A stretch of 64,000 nt of DNA from Botryllus schlosseri (Eukaryota). A model generated the notes under the pieces. The model saw nothing but the letters and a program-made list of their open reading frames with translations, was not told the origin of the DNA and did not search any database. Position 1 is the stretch's first letter. Each line of letters opens with the position of its first letter. Positions 48,136 through 60,461 of the stretch are shown here, piece by piece. The stretch is taken from the NCBI GenBank assembly GCA_051294905.1, contig CM119371.1, positions 37,636,001-37,700,000 on the forward strand, written 5' to 3'. Made by a program: the position numbers and the translations under genes.

Positions 48136-50889
48136 TCAGAAAAGCGCGTAAACCAGATTAATAGTTGAAAAAAAAAACGCGTTAACCTCGAAAGCGCGTA
48201 AATCAAACTGGGGAGGGGGGCCTAGGCGACCGCCTACCTCGCCTATCGCAAAAGCCACCACAGATCTGAATGTGTCTTGATTAGAAAACCACGACTTGTC
48301 TTATACATGGAAATTAGGAACTTAGCTGGATGCTAATGATTACCTTGGAATTTGTGCTCTTGATAACGATCCGTCACTGTTTCGCAGCAGACGTTTTACC
48401 GTTAAATGTGACGTCGACTTGGTGGAAATGCCCTGATATGATCTTGTATAGTAGCATCCTAAAATTGAAAATATAACCATGAGGCAAAAACATTTAGTGG
48501 ACAATTTGGCAGCGAAATTAGCGAAGGGAGCGATAGGGGGGCGATGCCGCGTTAAAACGGCCTAACTGGAGCCAATTCGGAGAAATGACCTTTTTTTTAG
48601 TCAACCTACGAAAATTTAGCTGCAAAAGTGTAAAAGTTCGACATCGAGCCGGAAAGTTGACCTTTTTTTTAGTCAACCAACCGGTCTTTACAGTTTGTAT
48701 GCTAGCTATTCGGTTCACGAAACTTGGGGGGCGATGATTGGTGTGAAGCTTGAGAAGGGGCGATGAGCCGAAAAAGGTTGGGAACCACTGCGCTACAGTA
48801 TAGTCAGCGAATAATGCTTATTCAACAAATCAATGAAATTTATATAAAGAATACATCGTTGTCTAATGTAAAAAATCTAGCAGGCGTACGTGGACCATCT
48901 TGATTTGATATGGTTATTGTATCATAAAAGCAAATCCATGTGATTGAAGTCTTGGCTACTCCTGTATAACTTGTTGATGGGATAATATCGGTAGCAAGTA
49001 TAGAAACCCTTTGTACACTCTGCTCAGTAACAATGTACTGGTTTGGCCTCTAGACCGGTAAGGCGTAAGCTTATATTCCCTAGCAAGTCTTGGTCGAAAT
49101 TGTTGGCAAAGCGACGGAAGATATTGATTTTATGGGATTATTATATTATTTGATTGCTCCAGATGATATATTATGGCGACGTTTAAAAAGTCAGTATGCA
49201 CTTCAGCACTGTGGCATAATGTGGCCCGAGTCATCGCTAGGTATCGTTTTGTACATTAATATAACACTTCACTGAAATGCTGGGTTGGAAGTGATAAAAT
49301 GACGTCACGTGACGTCATGAGGTTCACGTTCGTGTTCACACAGAACCTTTCAAAAAGGTTCGCGTTCACACGAACCTGAACCTTTCAGAGGTTCACACCA
49401 TCCCTATACTGTATAAATCAATAATATCACCTAACTTGTTATTGTAGCACACATCTTCTGCTTTTGAATTGATATCAGCCGGTGAATGAACTTGGAGTTT
49501 TTGACAGGAAGGAATTTGGATGACGAGGACACGATTAGCTGTAGCCTACAGCGTAGGTTATCCTAACATTCGAATTTTAAAACATGCAGGAGGCAATGAA
49601 ATTATCATTATGATACAAACAACGTAATGTGAATGGTAGAAATTGTCTAAGATTTGGCGTTGTCTATCTTTCAGAGCGTGTTACACAATCGCTCAGCCTA
49701 GGTTGTTGTGACAGATCGGCAATGTAAACATGTTTCGGCAAAAGGTGGCTTACACCCAATGCTCCCACTAAGCTGTGCACGTGCGCAAATGCGCTGTGCT
49801 GACAAAGTCTCTGCGCAGAGAAAATCTAAGTTGCGCACAAGAAATCCGAAGTGGTGACCTTTTTTTAGTCGTTACGCACTGTTGTCCAAGGGTTTACGCA
49901 GTGAGTTAGTTAGTGAGTGTACGCAGACTCGTCAAAAATTAGAGGAAGCATTGCTTACACCTTTGTGCGATTGATCTGAATTTGATTGATTGGTTCGTCC
50001 GTCGTAAGCAAATCAATTGAGAAAAATCTAAATTGCCGATTTATAAGTGACCGCAGTACAGGGCCTGTATAGATATGTTTTTTTTTCTTGTTCCAACGCA
50101 GTCCGCTTGCAACGATATCAGATACATTCATGAACGGTACTTTTTTAAATCGGGGATCATTTAAGGTGTCACATTTTCTCTCTCGTTTTTTCCTTGGCAA
50201 TTTAGAGACTTACGAAGTATATACATAAATGTTGCGTGAGACACATCTTCAGAAAGACGGAACGCAACTAGTAGTAGGTTCAAGATGCACGAAGACGGTT
50301 ATGTTAGACCAGTGGTTCTTAACCGGTGTTCAATGGAAGAGTAGTGGTTCTGTGATGTAGTCTCAGGAGTTTCACCGGAGGTCAAGACACACACTCCACT
50401 CATACATTTGATTTTTGATCATATACGCCCGTCGTGGCCATCATGAGTTGATGATAATTATATGTCCCTCCAGTCGTCGAATAGTGATTGTTGTTTTGGT
50501 ACGACGTGTACAATAGCATACTCGGGAGACGTTCGGATTCGAGATCGAAATTCAGTTCTTCTGAATTGCCGATTCCGTAAATTATATTTTAATGGCAATG
50601 TTACTTTACCACTCTATTGATGCAAAGTTCATTTTGTGCACAAGCAATATATACTGATGTATTGGATGTGCAGTTTGATGCATTTTGTGGTGGATTTTAG
50701 TCTGATATCTGAGCGAAAATCTGGTATTCCACGAATGCTCGCATGGATTAGCGTTACAAGTGCTCCGCGTCTCAGTGAAGGTTAAAGTTAGACACTTTGG
50801 TTGAAACTGTTCGTGGGAATATGTTTCCTTACACTATCTGTGCAACCCGTCCTTCCGAAAAAAGACATTGCATTACATTTGTTCGTTTT

Positions 50890-51147
50890 GAGTTATTCAT
50901 GGTGTTTGTCGACTATTATGATCATTTACACCAGGCCCATTTTCTTCATTTTTATTCCGTAGCTGCCTACGTAGCATGGTCCACTCCTAGGCTTTTATAG
51001 CACACCGCATACACGGATGAGATGTCGAGGAGGAGCTTAGATAAACCTCCAGCATTTAGATAGGAATTCTGGAGTCTACAACAGGCGGACTCGAATCCGC
51101 CACACATTGTTATTGCAGCTGCGGAATACACCACTACGCCATCTCGC
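50890..51147 (-). mobile_element. tRNA-derived SINE
   Basis: Minus-strand head with box A TGGCGTAGTGG and box B GATTCGAGTCC. Confidence 0.8.
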
Positions 51148-53599
51148 AACAAGCGCAGTATATGCTTGCACGAATCTTGTTTCTTAAACTACGTCAGTGT
51201 AATTACCCACGATCTGCTTTTAGTGTAACGACATCCATGGTGGCTTTGAATTGGGAAATCTGAGTGACGAAGTACGTATTCGGTTGCCGACGAATGAGCA
51301 CTATCAGCGCGTCGCTTACCATATAGTGCGCTTTGAGTTTTCGTAAAATCGTGTCATAATTGTAATGTTCGACCCACGACGTTTAACCTTTTAATTTTGC
51401 CCTAACCATTAACCCATGTCAACAATTTTATTATCTCATGTCAAATATTCCCATATACATATTTCGTATGCAAGGCTTAATGTATTTTCAAGGTGTTTTG
51501 TAACATATGATAATAACAGACCGTTGTGCACCAGTCCCTAATAGATAATGACCGAAACTTGACTAATACAATACTAAAAATGAAAATAATTATAATAGTA
51601 ATGCGCTAGTTAGACAACGGGTTGAGAAACTACAGCCTGCAGCCCGCATCTGGCACACAAAAGAATCGAAAATGTAAAAATAATGCTGATGAATATTTTA
51701 TCAATGCGAACATTCTTGATGGGAACGTATTTTGAAACATTTGAAACATGCAAGTAAAACAAAGTAGAAATGACTTAGTTCGGATCACAATTGTGATTTT
51801 AGATTAGAACTCTAAATTTTGGTGCTGTACTTTAAAAGGAAAACGGTTCATGAGTGTGCTGCAGATTCCTTCTCTATTCAATCGAATTAATGAAATGAGA
51901 CAACAGTAAATTATGCCGTTTACTTCGTCCTCACATAAGTATGTGACGAGGCAAGTGTAGGGCGGTAAGCCTTTTACTGAAAGTTGATATATTGCTTATG
52001 GCGCAGACATCATTGTGCGTGCCGAAGTTGACCAAACGCAGAATCAACATGTATCTATAAACCGTTCTCCGCTTCCATATTCTAATTTCCCATTCCTATT
52101 CCTTATTTTGACTAATGGATTGAGGATGACCAGCAGCTAATAAAACCCGGGTAATGTTTCTGACGCATGTCGATCATCAAATCAATATTTAAATTGTTAG
52201 TGTATTGTCCCCATGTTTTCGGTTACTATATGGTTACTATATAATCAGATAAAAGCTTGCGTTGTGGCTTATAATTCCGATTATACTATATTGCGGCCCG
52301 AGAAGGGATTCAGATCTTGAATGCGGTCCGAGATTTAAAAAGGTTCTCTACTCCTGAGCTAGTCGAATATTAGACATTTAACAACGGACGCAATATGTCC
52401 GCGTGACCTCAAGATCAGGTTACCCACATTATTATTTTTTTTACGGGAAGTATGGTGAGGTCTGGGGCATCACGCCATATATGATTTGTACCAGTGGTTC
52501 CCAGCTTCTTTTGACTCATCGCCCACCTATCACTCTCGACACAAATTTTCGCCCCCCATATTCACGGATCCGAAAAAGGCCATACAATCGAAAAATTTAT
52601 TCACCAACTCTGGTCGCTAGCGAATTTAGTAAAAAGGCCATTTTTCCGAGCTGGTAGGTGCTCGGAAATCCGGATTCCGCGTATACTTTCCGTTGCGTTG
52701 ACCTTTTTTACGCTTCATCTACAGCAGTGGTTCCCAACCTTTTTCGGTGACAGGGCCAAATTTAGAATTTCAGAGTAAGGTCGGGGCCGCACGAATACCA
52801 GGGCAATGAAAGGAACCCAAAACAGTCACCAAAATATGAAAATTGGCATTGTTCCGATAATTCGCTTGACGCCATTGGCCATAATGTTGCCGCGCTCCCG
52901 AACAATCAACCTTTGCTGGCTATTTCGGAGTAGTTTTATTGCCCTGGCGAGATTTCAATTCGTATTTTTGGAATCAGTGCGACACTTTTTTTGTTTTGTT
53001 TTGTTTTTGGGGTATTCATGGTGTTTGTCGACTACTGTGGTCATTTACACCAGGCCGATATTCTTTGTATTTTCCGTAACTGCCGACTTATAGCACGGCC
53101 CAGCTCTAGGCTTTTGTAAGACCCCGCTGATGCGGATGAGGTGGCGAGGAGGAGCCTAGGTAAACCTCCAACACAGTGCGACACTTACTTTCGATAAACA
53201 TCGACACAGACGTGTCGCGAGCTATAGGATTACCAATTATGCTGCTTTTTGCCGGCTAAGCAGTACGCATCTCGGCGTATTCAATCGTGAGTCACTTGTT
53301 GCACATCTACCCGAAATTAGTTATCAATACCCAGGGCCGTAACAGCACTTCGTCAGCCCCCCCCCCAAAAAACGTTGCTTTTGCCCCCCCCCCATAGGTT
53401 GAAAAACCGAGCTTCGAAGCCCCCCAGACCCCCTCAGGCTAGTCAGTGGTTCCCAACCTTTTTCGACTCATCGCCCCCTTTTGAAGCTCCACACCGATCA
53501 TCGCCCCCCAAATATTGGAAGCCGAAAAACAACACTTCGTCAGCCCCCCCCCCGAAAAAAAACGTTGGGTCTTTGGGCCCATAGGGTGATAAACCAAAC

Positions 53600-55830
53600 C
53601 CTAGACCCCCCTCAGTCAGTGGGGTTTTGGGCGCTACACATCGGCTAACCCTATTTCATGTACTGTTTGGTGAGTCACGGTATTTCGCCTAAACGCGCGA
53701 AGCGCGACAAATTCATATAATTCATGTTTGAATCAGTCAATATGGTCGATATGGAATGTTAGAAAAGGTAGGACCCCTTAATAATAATCAAACATCTTCG
53801 GGCGGAATCGTTATTATATTGACTTCTTTACATGATGCTATTTCGTGCCCTCCTATATCTGCTATGTCAGAAGATTTGGAAATCGTAAAAACGTATCAAA
53901 CTAAAAGACGCACATGATTTCATATTGGTATTTCTTTAGTGTCAAATAATTTTTCCTTGCGGGATGGCATTTGTCCTGTACGGTTTAGGTCGCCAAGACA
54001 GGAACATTCGACGCCAGCCATCGCGGCGCCTAACAATTAAACATATCTATGTATAATTGTATATATATCGAAGTTTTCTGTCAGCACAACGGCATTCCTT
54101 TTCGGCCAAGGTCTTCTCGCTGCTAATCGTTCTGGCACACTTCTCGGAGTCGCAAGTTACATGGCCTCTAACTTCATATGTCTTGGTACATGGCGCAGTA
54201 ATGGCCGACACCGAAGTCTCCCATTTCCATAAATCATGCGTATTTTTTTTGGGTGACGGGGACCCCAACATCAAGATACATGAAAATAATAAATAACGCG
54301 CAGCGCGAAATTTTTTTGAAAAAGTCGCATGAATTTCTAAAAATCATTCATGTTAATTCACGAAATAATTTAGGGCTTCCTTCGATTTCGGGCCTCCCCC
54401 ACCCCAATTGGGGGGTTTGGGGTGCGGTAGTTACGGTCCCGACTCCAATATAGCCGTTTTAACGCACCATCGCCCCCGTCGTTGTTTTCGCCCCCTATCG
54501 CCCCCATTCGTCCGTTTTCGCCCCCCTATCGTCCCCTTCGTTATTTTCGCCCCCCTAGACCGCCAAATCGCCCCCTGAGGGGCGATATCGCCCACGTTGG
54601 GGACCACTGGGCTAGATGGCTGTCTACCGCCATTTATCATCTAAATCGCGTGTTCGTCTTAGGTAGCTTCTCTCGACTAATCGCGCGAAGCGCGAAAAAT
54701 TTCTATAATTCATGATTGAATCGGTGACTATAATCGGGAATTCCATACATATTTGTATCAATTTTTATCCTCTCTCTGCTCACGTAATCAGATTGACCGG
54801 TTGAGCCGAGTGAGTTGTGTTTGAAAAGGTAGGACCACTCAATAATAATTAAACATCTTCGGGCGTATACCCGTTGGCAGGAACGAAACAGCACTTCGCC
54901 AAGCCCCCCAAAACACTTAGGTCTTGAGCTCCCATAGGGTGATAAACCGACTCCCCGTCCCGTTGTTCGCTTCTGCCATGAAATCAGGATCCCCGTCTAG
55001 TGAGCCCGCGTGGAGCGCTAAAATTCTCGACTATTCAAAATAAAATAGGTCAATAAGATCAGGAATTGCATATATATTGCTATCAATTACTTGTCCTCTC
55101 TGCTCACGTAATCAGATTTACCGGTAGAGCTGAGTGAGATGTCTTGGAAACTGTAGGGCCCGTAAATATTAATTAAACATATTAGGACGGGCGGACCCGT
55201 TGGTACGACTTTGTTACATGATGTTATTTTATTTCGTGACCTCCAGTCTGCTATATCAAAATATAGAATCGCCCAAACGTATACTAAACTAAAAGATGCA
55301 CACGATTTCAAATTTGTAGTTCTTCACTGCCAAATAATTCTTCCCTGCGGGATGGTAGCCTATTTGTCTCGTTAGGTTCAGATTGCCAAGACAGGAACAT
55401 TCGACGCCAGTCATTTAGGCGCCTATGGTCAATTATACCTGTATGTATTTTGTATATACATAACGAAGTTTTCGGTCAGCGTAAGGGCAGTCATTTATTT
55501 CACCAAACTTTTCTTGCTGCCGATCGTTCTGGCACACTTGTTGGAGTCGCATGTTACATGGCCCAAAACTTCATATGTCTTCGTGCGTTGTGGCGCGGTA
55601 ATGGTCAACGCTTATATGCCCACTTCTATAAATCTTGCGTATTTCATCTTGGTGGAAAAGTACCCAATAATTAAGGCACGTGGAAACTTGAAATCGCGCA
55701 GAGCGCAAATTTTTTTTAAAAAGTTGCATGAAATACTCTATAATTTATGCTAATTGAGTAAGTAATTTTGGGCCCCCTTCGAGCTCGCTCCCTCCAATTA
55801 GGGGCTTGGGGTGCGGCAGGTACGGTCCTG
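53600..55830. repeat. Two adjacent diverged copies of a ~0.8-1.2 kb interspersed repeat containing CGCGCGAAGCGCG
   Basis: 53690-54440 aligns with 54680-55830, for example at GCCAAGACAGGAACATTCGACGCCAG and ATCGTTCTGGCACACTT. Confidence 0.65.
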
Positions 55831-56129
55831 TCAATACCTATATCTATAAGTACTGTTCGTTCAACTGGAAAGTTAGGGCACACTGCATTGAAACAGCAGT
55901 GACGTAATCTTAGCAATCTACTCACAACTTTCCTGCAATCCTAATTGCAAACTCCAGACTCGAGGCCAAGCAAAAGTATTTTATAAATATTTTTTTTTTC
56001 ATAAATCGATTTCTCAATATTTTGGTGGGGGCCGCAAGAAGGCTAGCTGGGGGCCGCGGTTGGGAATCACTGATCTACAGGATTGTACACGATATGCCGT
56101 CTTCACGTGCATTTATTCTCCGTGTTCAT

Positions 56130-56131
<2 letters not shown>

Positions 56132-56169
<38 letters not shown>

Positions 56170-56280
56170 TAGAGAGAGAGAGAGAGAAATGGAGAGAAAG
56201 AGAAGAGAGAGCGAGCGAGAGAGAGAGAAGAGAGAGGGAGACAGAGAAAGAAAGAAAGAAGGAAAGAAAGAAAGAGAGAC
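56132..56280. repeat. (AG)n / purine-rich microsatellite
   Basis: Direct inspection. Confidence 0.95.
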
Positions 56281-58144
56281 AAATCCTACAGGTAGCCTAC
56301 ACTTGACCAAACATTCTGACATGTTCAATTGTTCACCCATCGCCGCCAGGTCACCCCCTTGTTTCTCAAAATCTCCCACTGGGGGGCGATATCGCCCACG
56401 TTGGGAACCACTCATTTGTACGCTATGCACTGAGTAAATGTATTAGAATGGATATTGTACCTAGAAAATATCTCAAGACTGCTGAGTCGTCATCTCCTCA
56501 AAGGACTTCGCGGATGGCATAGAATCGTCTGGCCGTATGTTTGACACCCCTGCACTGGACAAACAATATAGGCCTACATGTAGCTACAGACGCAATATGT
56601 CAGCGCGACTTAAAGATCAGATGACCCAGATAATTTGTCGTTTATGACGAGGTATGTCGACGACTGTAGCCTCACGCCACAAATGATTTATGCGCTATTC
56701 TTGTGCCTCTTCCCAGCAAACACAAAACCGTAAAAGGATCATCCGGGATCATCTCGATTAGGTTCTGATTTTCTAAGTGTCGAGGGAATGTCTAAAATAC
56801 GTAGTAGGATGGTCTTGGGGTTATATTCAATCAGAATAAATTCATACTCAGTGTTGTCTCATCTTATGCATTAGGCTTCGTTATATCCGGTAGTTAACCT
56901 AATAATGCAAATTTTCTATCTCTCGCGGGTATGACTAAAATACGTAGAAAGGATGACTTTGTCGGTACATTCAATCACGATGAATTCCTATCCGGTTTTG
57001 TTCGATCTCATGCGGTAGCTTCGTTCTATCCATTAGAAAACAATGTTCTACCTTCGTTTTATTGCGTGAGGATGTCACCGGTGTTGTATATTCGTGTTGT
57101 TGCTCTAAGGTCGAACAGTTTTGTTTTCTTCTGATATATATGATCTTCATTATATATATATTCGCTCTTTCGGTAATCTTGCATGTTCAACGAGTATGGC
57201 TAATAGTTTTATTCACAGAATAACTAAATAAGTGAAATGTTGTACGTTCAGGAATATGATTATCGATGCGTGACTTCTAGAATATTTCGGCGATTCAAAT
57301 TTTACGTCATCGCGCCGGACAAAGATTTGACGCGCAACAGGTCGCACCCAGGCATAGTTCGCTCTTTCTGTATGGTAAATGCCGTAAATATATAGGAATT
57401 GTGACTGACTGAGGTAACGGGTTAAAGGTATATACGCAGTAGCATATAGCTTATGGGGTATTTCGAATTGCCTGTAGTATATGACGCCTAGAGCTGTTTG
57501 ACTTTCTGCAAAACAGGTGTAGACATAGAAAAGTTTCAGCTTTTCCAGGTTAGAATTAGAGCTAAACCGTTTTTTCCGAATTAGATTACAATTATATTGC
57601 TGGTATTGCGCTCTAATTTAGTGAAATTAGACCACTATAATTATCTAGTCCAAGTCGCTTCAAGCATCTGAATTACCGGTACCTATACCTACGGCATATC
57701 ATACGGTAATATTTATGCTTGAATTTGAAATTTTCTAGGTATATAAGTGAATATAGATAGAACAGTGATTCGTGATTTTATAAAAGTTGGTGCAAGAATG
57801 GACATTTTCAACTTGATGTTGATTAATGTATCAAAATTTGATATTTCAGTGCAATTATACCTCGAATCCAGTGACAAGATTATTAATCGTTGAAACCAAA
57901 TGCAGCTTGTATTTATGTTGGCCCAGAGAATTTGGCTAGCCAGACCATATCGATAGAATATGGTCACAGTAAGATAATATTTTAAGCTAATTTACATGAA
58001 CTTTCCAACATTTGATTTGATATGTCCGCTAAAACAGTTGTTATTCTGCTTTCGAATATGACCTAAATTGCTGGTTTCAATGGTAACTGTGTTTGTCAAA
58101 GGCTGTAAAGGTAATTTCTTTTCCATGTTAGATGTTTGTTTGTT

Positions 58145-59260
58145 TGTTTGTGGTGTTCATGGTGGTGGTTCGACTACACTGGTCATTTTACACCAGGCCG
58201 GTTCTTATTATTATCATTCCGTATCTGCCCGATTACCAGTGAATTCGGCCGCACAAACTCGGCACTTGGTGAATTCGGCCGGAATAGCGGTACCGGTCAC
58301 CATGATTGGTTACTGGAATGTTTGCCGGTGAACTTGGCACTTTGAGTGGTTGTCAATGTTGTACGGGGGTCAGGGCATGCGTAGATCACACAGTCAATGC
58401 TTGATTAGATCACAGATTGCGTAATCGCGGGAAATAACGCGACGCTCTTCACCTGGTGAACTCGGCCCTTGGAGGAATTAGCACTAGAACACCTTCGCAT
58501 TAGAAATGCATTTAATATGAATGAACACTGAACAGTATCAAAAAGGAAATTTAAACGTGTCGTGGCTCGCGGTAGATCTCGTAATCTTGGGATCCGTCAA
58601 CCCTGTTATCGAGACACCCTAACTCCAGAGTGGAATCGTCTCTCCAAAGGCAAAAAATAATTTATTTTGACGTGATCATGTGAAACATTTGTTGATGAGG
58701 AACACTGGCTTGTCGTGATCGATAAACGAACAAGCGCCGCTTGATCTTCCACGGTTTCGATCTCACATACAACGCCAAGATCCATCTTCTCAAAACTTAC
58801 ACGACACAGGCCCGTCACTCACGCCATCGATTCCAAGCAGACCGCGCGTGGTCGGTATATGAGCGCTGCGTTATTTCCCGCGGCTATGCAATCCGTGATC
58901 TAATCACGCCGTGACTGCATGATCTACGGATGCCCTGACCTCCTTACAAGATTGACGAATCACTTGATAATACTATTATTAGTTTAATAATTCATATTAA
59001 TAGCTGTTAATACACTTCATTACAAAATTTCCCGAGGGCCGAATTCACCAAGTGCCGAGTTCATCGGCAACCATCTGCCCACTTATAGCACGGCCCACTC
59101 CTAGGCTTTTTAAGACATGGCTATGCGGATCAGATGGCGAGGAGGAGCCTAGATAAACGGCCAACACTTCGGTAGGAATTATGGAGTCGACGTGTCAAGC
59201 TCGAACCCGCAATTCATTGGTGTTTAGCTATAATGGAACGTACCACTACGTTACCTCGCC
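58145..59260 (-). mobile_element. tRNA-derived SINE split by the 58231-59072 insertion
   Basis: The body at 58145-58230 continues at 59073-59260. Confidence 0.75.
58231..59072. mobile_element. Fold-back DNA transposon with 8-bp TSD and GG..CC-type ends (possibly Merlin-like)
   Basis: Exact TSD ATCTGCCC (58223-58230 and 59073-59080). Reiterated GGTGAATTCGGC subterminal motifs. Internal inverted repeat at ~58350-58445 and ~58864-58960. Confidence 0.7.
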
Positions 59261-59986
59261 ATACCTTGTAAAATGGTACTGTAGCATTTGGCATTTCGTG
59301 TGGCAATTGACTTTTGTGTGGAAAATTGTGTTTGTTTCAGAACTTATCCGAAACTTTTATTCCGCCATAGATTGTATATGATAAAACGATATCGGAATTG
59401 ATCCTAGAATAATTCCAAAGCCACTCACCACAAAGGATGATTTAAAGAAGTTTGATGACATATTGAATGAAAGCAAAAGCCTTTGCAAGATATGTGGTAT
59501 GTTGAATCTGTTTTGTTATTTTTAAATACTTTGTTGTGCCGATAGCAGACGGTATATATAAACGTAAGATGTGGAAGCTATCAAGGTGTTATGTTTATTC
59601 TTTTTAGAAATTCAGTCAGTCAAAGCAGTCAAAGTGGACGATCGTATTGCTTGGATTATATTTAGGCTTATTTTAGCATCTTTGAGAATCAACTCTGAAC
59701 GTGGACGGTCACGAACAGTCAACTAATTCTGTTCCTATATTGACGTATCAGGCATTTGCACTCGTACCGTTGACGGCTACAATATTGGTCATTCAGCAAG
59801 AAGCATCCTGAAGAAGGTTCCCAGTCTGGTGTAGTTATAGCGGAGTCGGAAAGAATGGGAAATACGCTTTCATCAACCTCCATTTGAACAAGATCACATA
59901 TAGTAAGAGACATTCATGATATGCTGCGAATGTGACTGTGTTCATTGTCTAGTCACCCCACTCATGTAATTATTGAGGCTTCATGC

Positions 59987-60461
59987 CAGGGTTGTAACCA
60001 AGTCACAAGGCTCCGAGTCGCAAGTCAATCTCACTTTTATAGTTTTGACTCGAGTCATTTTCAATTCAGCACCGGGTCAAGTCCGAGTCCAAGTCAGCGA
60101 GCAGAGGTCCAAGTCCGAGTTATGGTATTATGACTCGAGCCAGAGTCTAAGTCATTGTGTTATCTGCTCAGTTTCCAATTTAAGTCTTGTTAAACCAACT
60201 TTTTATATTTTTTTGTGATATCGAGTGGGTCGCATTTATAATATACGAATTTTCCTTACTTTTAGCAGTTTTACCAGTATCGATTGACGAAATCCCAATA
60301 GCGATTTGCTGTACTATTCTTTGAAATAACCATGAAATGTCGGTCTTGGCCGTCTGAGTCTCAAGTCATGCGCAATGAGTCGAGTCATTTCCGTACTTTG
60401 AGAAGACGACCCGAGTCAAGTCGAGTCAACAGAAAATCGTGACTCGAGTCTTACAACCCTG
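59987..60461. mobile_element. hAT MITE with CGAGTC subterminal repeats
   Basis: TIRs CAGGGTTGTAA and TTACAACCCTG. TSD CTTCATGC / CTCCATGC. Confidence 0.8.

Larger units (their letters stand above)
52492..56413. mobile_element. Three-level nest of CAGTGGTTCCCA-type hAT MITEs (52492-56413 contains 52725-56072, which contains 53444-54609)
   Basis: Exact TSDs ATTTGTAC (52484-52491 and 56414-56421) and ATCTACAG (52717-52724 and 56073-56080). The inner element is flanked by GGCTAG on both sides. The nest also holds a SINE fragment at 53005-53175. Confidence 0.8.

Noticed and set aside
51080..51147. Functional tRNA gene
   Set aside because: Box A and box B are present but there is no intact cloverleaf, and it is joined to a dispersed SINE body.
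56060..56437. 125-aa ER-rich and 105-aa SL-rich ORFs
   Set aside because: Translations of the (AG)n microsatellite.
59370..59920. Exon-like segments (..PKPLTTKDDLKKFDDILNE..)
   Set aside because: Interrupted by stops and cannot be assembled into a gene; possibly a decayed transposon-associated ORF.
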